In this document: positions 59,401 through 64,000 of the stretch, in pieces
How the letters are laid out: each line of letters begins with the position of its first letter
How positions within the stretch are numbered: position 1 is the first letter of the stretch
Notes under the pieces: generated by a model
The model's database searches: none
Told to the model about the DNA's origin: nothing
Seen by the model: the letters and a program-made list of their open reading frames with translations, nothing else
Program-made: the position numbers and the translations under genes
Assembly: GCA_043228905.1 (NCBI GenBank)
Contig: JBHGNT010000009.1
Location: 22,258,001-22,322,000 of the forward strand
Length of the DNA stretch: 64,000 nt
Origin: Azolla caroliniana
Taxonomy: Eukaryota; Plantae; Polypodiophyta
Direction of reading: 5' to 3'

Positions 59401-62029
59401 TGAGAATTTGCTAGGTAAGTGTGAAAATGGGAGTGGGGTTAAAGGGTCTAGAATGAAGGAAGATTGGTTTTGATGTTGTTTCTCTCGTAGTTGTGCATAC
59501 AATTTGTGTTTGTGTATGTGTATGTGTATGTGTATGTTTATTTGTATGTGCATGTGCATGTTTGTGAATATGTGTACAAGCGCATGAAAGTGGTTGTTCT
59601 TGGTATGAAATATAGTCTTAAGAGTGGAACTTAGATTATAGGAAGTAAGGTTGAAGGACACCATAGTCATTATGACAACGATCATCGATAGATTGTTCCC
59701 TCTACAACTCATTTGCGCAATAACAACTTGTCCCCTAGCTACACTATAACTGAATCAAGATCTCAGTTGTAGCTTACTGAGCTTGAACCAAGCTTTGTTC
59801 ATAGCTAGCTTCATCCTTTGCTATAGTTAGCAACATTCGAGTTTACTTTGAGTGTAGCTAACTACAATCAAGTTGATTTCAATCGTAGCTAGCTTTGTCT
59901 GAGTTGGCTTGTGTGTAACTAGTTGTGTTTAGAGATAGTGTTTGTAATTATCTATGCTTGAGATAGTGATTTGACATGAGGTCGATTTATTGTGAAAGTT
60001 TGTCGTTGATTGGCTGATAGTGAGAAATTGTCAAGAACATGAGGTTGATGCAACATTAAACAAGGATAAAACAATATAATTTAATAAATAATAATAAAAA
60101 ACATTAGTTAAGCAATTGGCCATGGAAAATCAAGGGTGGAGGTTCAATTATTACTATAATAAAAAATATCATTTTTTACTTGTTCCAAGCAATTTCAAAA
60201 TTGGCACAATGCTAGTTCGTTTAATAGGTTGCATGGATGGAAGGAAGTATTAAGATGGTAACAAAACAAGTTAGTTCATTTGGTTTCCAAGATGAAGAGT
60301 GTTGGTTTAAATCTTGCTTAAACCAAAAATACCATTTTGGCCTTTCGGACGCCATGACATGAAAATTCGATTATATGCATTGAACCAGACACCATGCATG
60401 ATTAAATAAACACTCTCATTTAAGAGGAAGAAAGAAAGAAAGAAAGATGCCATTTAAGAGGCCAAATAGTCGATAAGACCAAATAAGAGATTACATCTTT
60501 GAAGAAAGAGGAGGCAAAGTGCCAAGATGCCATGCATGAACATAAAAGCACTCTAACTTAAGATAGAGGAGACAAAGCGTTAGATGCCATGCACGAATAA
60601 AAAAAAGCACTCTAACTTAAAGAGAGAGGAGACAAAGCACCATAGTGCTATAAAATAAGAATTCAGCAAGGAAAAAAAACAATCAAGTTAGGAGAAAAGG
60701 AAAAGAGCCAAATGCTATAAACTAGGAACTAGGGCAAAAGTTTGGAGCTCTCTCCTCATGGGAACTTTTCCATCCATTCATCTTCATTTTGTTTTTGTTT
60801 TTGTTGCATCCCTTAGATATTTGGGGGGGTGTTGGAGTTCTGGGAATTTTTTTGGGTTTGGCATTGAACGGGTTTTACTTCCAATTACTTGATTCTAGTG
60901 TTGACTAGGTCAGAGGTTAGACGAAAATGATATTGCAAGACGTCATCGAAATTTTGAAATTTTGATATTGTTGGTTTGTTTTGTTTGTCTAGCTTGGCCC
61001 CAATCTCACCCCCATCAAATTAATTGCAATTCGCAAATTGTATGACCACTCTTAAGAATTTTAATATACACTATTCTACTTTAAAATTCTTACTATGAGA
61101 ATTGCCACATAAACTTTGATGCAAATTTGCATGCTTGAAACCACATCCTAGTCAAGCTTAGCCACTCTAGCATCAATAGGACTAGAATTTCGAGTCTCAT
61201 TTGAAACCACATAGGGTCGTTTTTGGGTCAAGAGCTTAATATGATGTAGGGAGGGAATTTTTTATCTTCTTGAGGCTCATTATCCTTTTCAAAGCTAGCC
61301 CTACCTTAGGGTTGGCTACCCTTTCAAAGCTAGGCCAAGTTTAATGCTAGCTCTTTGGAGTTGGTATGAGCCAAAGAGCTCTGAACATAGAAAGGGAACG
61401 ACTAACGAGTTAAGGATAGGATGGACAAGGGTTAGTAGAGAGAAAATAAAGAAGAAGCTTGTGAAAAAAATACTCCACCTATTGCAGAAGGGTGGCATGA
61501 TGGTGAATTTCAATTTTCATTACCATTATACACTCATGTTACAAACTACTAAAGTACAATCAAAATTTCTACATTTGGAGAAGTATGGTCATCGATAATG
61601 GGGTCATACTACATGAAATGTCATAGATGTCAAAAATCTCAACCAAACAATTGGGTTGATTCTAGGGAAACCATGAATTTGGTTCCTAAGATCAACTTGA
61701 TTGCCATACAGAAAGAAAGTATGAAAACAACACCTTGATTTGTAATTGCCATGCCATGTTAGATACCTAAAGCCACCACCAAATAAATTGAGCACAAACC
61801 CAACATAGTTTGACCATAGCAACAAGTCAATTGAGCACATGCAATTTCATTTCGGCTTGAAGGAACATGAAGGATAGTTCACAAGGACATTACACATGAT
61901 GTTACTCATGTTTTGCAATTGGGCGGCATCGAAATCGTGGTTTCACTCCACTAGAAAAACCATTTCATATCATTGCATAAAACGTTTCAAGATTATTTGA
62001 GTAATACCATTTTTCTTTGATTTTGACCA

Positions 62030-64000
62030 CTGACAATTTGTGGAACCACCTACTAAAAAGAATAGTGTGCGGTTCAGCTAATAGACACAACTAGCTTCAC
62101 CGTATAACAACAGAAAATAAACAAAGGTTTAATGGAAAGCTTAGAAGATACACAGAGAATGTGGGAGAGATAGAGAGAGCAGAACACACATACAAAAAAC
62201 TCTATTTCAAAAATAACAACAGTCTGTACATCGAATGTGCTCAGAGAGCACTTTTATACAAGTCCTTAAAAGAACTGACAGAAGTACTGACATGTACTTC
62301 AATGCTCATAAGTTCTGAGTTACTGACACTATCTCCTAAAAATATGCCTACTTACTAGGCTAGGCTTGTCGGCCTCTAACGGCCTACCGGTTACACTCGG
62401 ATCTGGACATCGACCCGTTGTAGTGATGGATTCCGGTCGTAGAGAGAAACGAAGCTGGATGCGTGTGAATGGATGTGTGCACAAATGCACATAAACTTAA
62501 TACTTTATGTACAGACATATGTAAATAGCATAGGACTAAAAAGTGATAGGGGGAGTAGGATTTAATGGGTACTTTAAGTGCCACACACATAAAGAGGAAT
62601 ACGAGGATTTGGTGTGGGGAAATCAAAGAGAGAATTAGGGAGGACAGAAAGCGGCAATCTTTATGGGTGATGTAACGGTCTTCCCCTTGTTCTATAAAAG
62701 GGTAGGTTTGAGATTGTGTTAGGGATCCACGATTTGGGGAGGACGAAGCGTAGTCGGTTTGAGTGTCGAGCTCTCTCTCTTCTCTCTTTGTCTTGTGCTC
62801 TGTACTGACTCTAGGAAGAAGGTGAAGCCTCTGCTTGCAAAGGAATCTCGTGAGCTCCCGACCAGAGGTTCGTGGTCCTGAGTTTGTGTGTGTGTGTGTG
62901 TGTGTGTTTCGAGAGTGCATAACTCTGTTACTGGCAAGGTCCGGTTGTACTCCCCTTTGCATAATCTATTTCGTTTCATTGTATCCGATTGCTCTCCCTG
63001 TGTTGCATACACATCGTCATTCTGTCTCCGTTTGTGGCTCATGTTTCCTTGAGTCCGGAGCCTACGTGCTTGCTACTTGTTATCCAACGACCGGTTCAGA
63101 ACAAAACACATCTTTGATCCTGCGCACTCATTGTTCGACTTCTCGGGAAACAATTCAGACCGGGTACGTGACCGTTAACCAATCTGACGAATATATCTGG
63201 AAGACCTTCCTACTCCCACTGACTCCTTGGTCTGAGCCCCCCATGGTTCCGCCCTATTTCAACACATCCATGCGGAATACTGTGACACCATCTCTCCAGT
63301 ACGGCTCACCGATCCGGCTCTTCGATTTGATCTGAGCCTAGTTGATCGGCCTTCACCTAATTTGGCTCTCGGCTTATTCAGCCGATCCCGCCCATGTTGA
63401 GCTTGTCTGCTGAACACTCCCCCTCAAGCTCAACTTGAGGTCAATTCGTCGTGTCAGTCGTTGTCGGTCCTTGCCTCCGGCTTCTCTTGGCGTCTTCACG
63501 CCTCGCTTGCGCTCCTCGACCTGTCCGGTTCCGTGCACCTCAACCTTCTCGGTCAGCTTGTCAGCTTATCAGGCCCATCTCAGCTCCTTCGCTGATGTAA
63601 CTCTAGCGCTTCTCGACCCGTCGACTTCCGATGCCCTCTCATTTGCTCGGCCTTTATGTGATTTAGCTCCTCTGAATTGAACAACTCTACCGAATCGACT
63701 GTCTTCGATTAGTTCCCGCTCTTGTCCGAATTGGTTTTCTCCAATTCATCTTCAATCTTCAGGCCCTTCACCACATTAGACCATGTCCAGGTCTTGGTCC
63801 TCATCTTCCGGTCGGCTCTGTCCTTCTTGACTCTGCCACCGTTGCCGCTTGTTCTGACTTTATCGGATTTGTTGACTTCTTCAGTCGACTCGACTCCCTT
63901 TTTCTCAGTTGCTCCCCCTATTCCGCTTTCGTTCTCCTTCTCTCCGGTTGCTTCTCTAGTACCTTTACCTGTTCTCCCCATTTCTGTTCTGCCCCTCAAG
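62030..64000 (-). mobile_element. 3' end of an LTR retrotransposon (PPT and LTR), probably with another LTR nested at about 62419-63011
   Basis: PPT (CTCCCCCTCA on +, 63417-63426) abutting LTR terminus TGAACA at 63416; opposite-orientation TATA and CT/GT microsatellites at 62690-62906; left boundary uncertain. Confidence 0.6.

Overview
Eukaryotic DNA, most likely a land plant; the transposon lineages suggest a non-seed plant such as a moss, fern or lycophyte (inference). Positions 1-34 kb are a dense nest of retroelements: several copies and solo LTRs of one Ty1/copia family, a second copia family, two chromovirus-type Ty3/gypsy elements, tRNA-Trp-primed gypsy elements (including a young gag-only copy with 631-bp LTRs), a fragmented L1-like LINE and a 147-bp hairpin element. 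Positions 35-41 kb are AT-rich decayed sequence. The only clear host gene is a 14-exon casein kinase I (42667-50140, +, 522 aa). Positions 51-64 kb hold LINE fragments and LTR remnants. Most notable: (i) three different LTR families each carry a tRNA-like A-box/B-box module in U3, antisense to the element; (ii) a palindromic TG..CA mini-element with a 5-bp TSD; (iii) an intact gag-only element with a long unexplained C-terminal extension and a 4-bp TSD; (iv) a candidate LINE TSD pair in opposite orientation 22.5 kb apart. All coordinates were read by eye and no searches were run.
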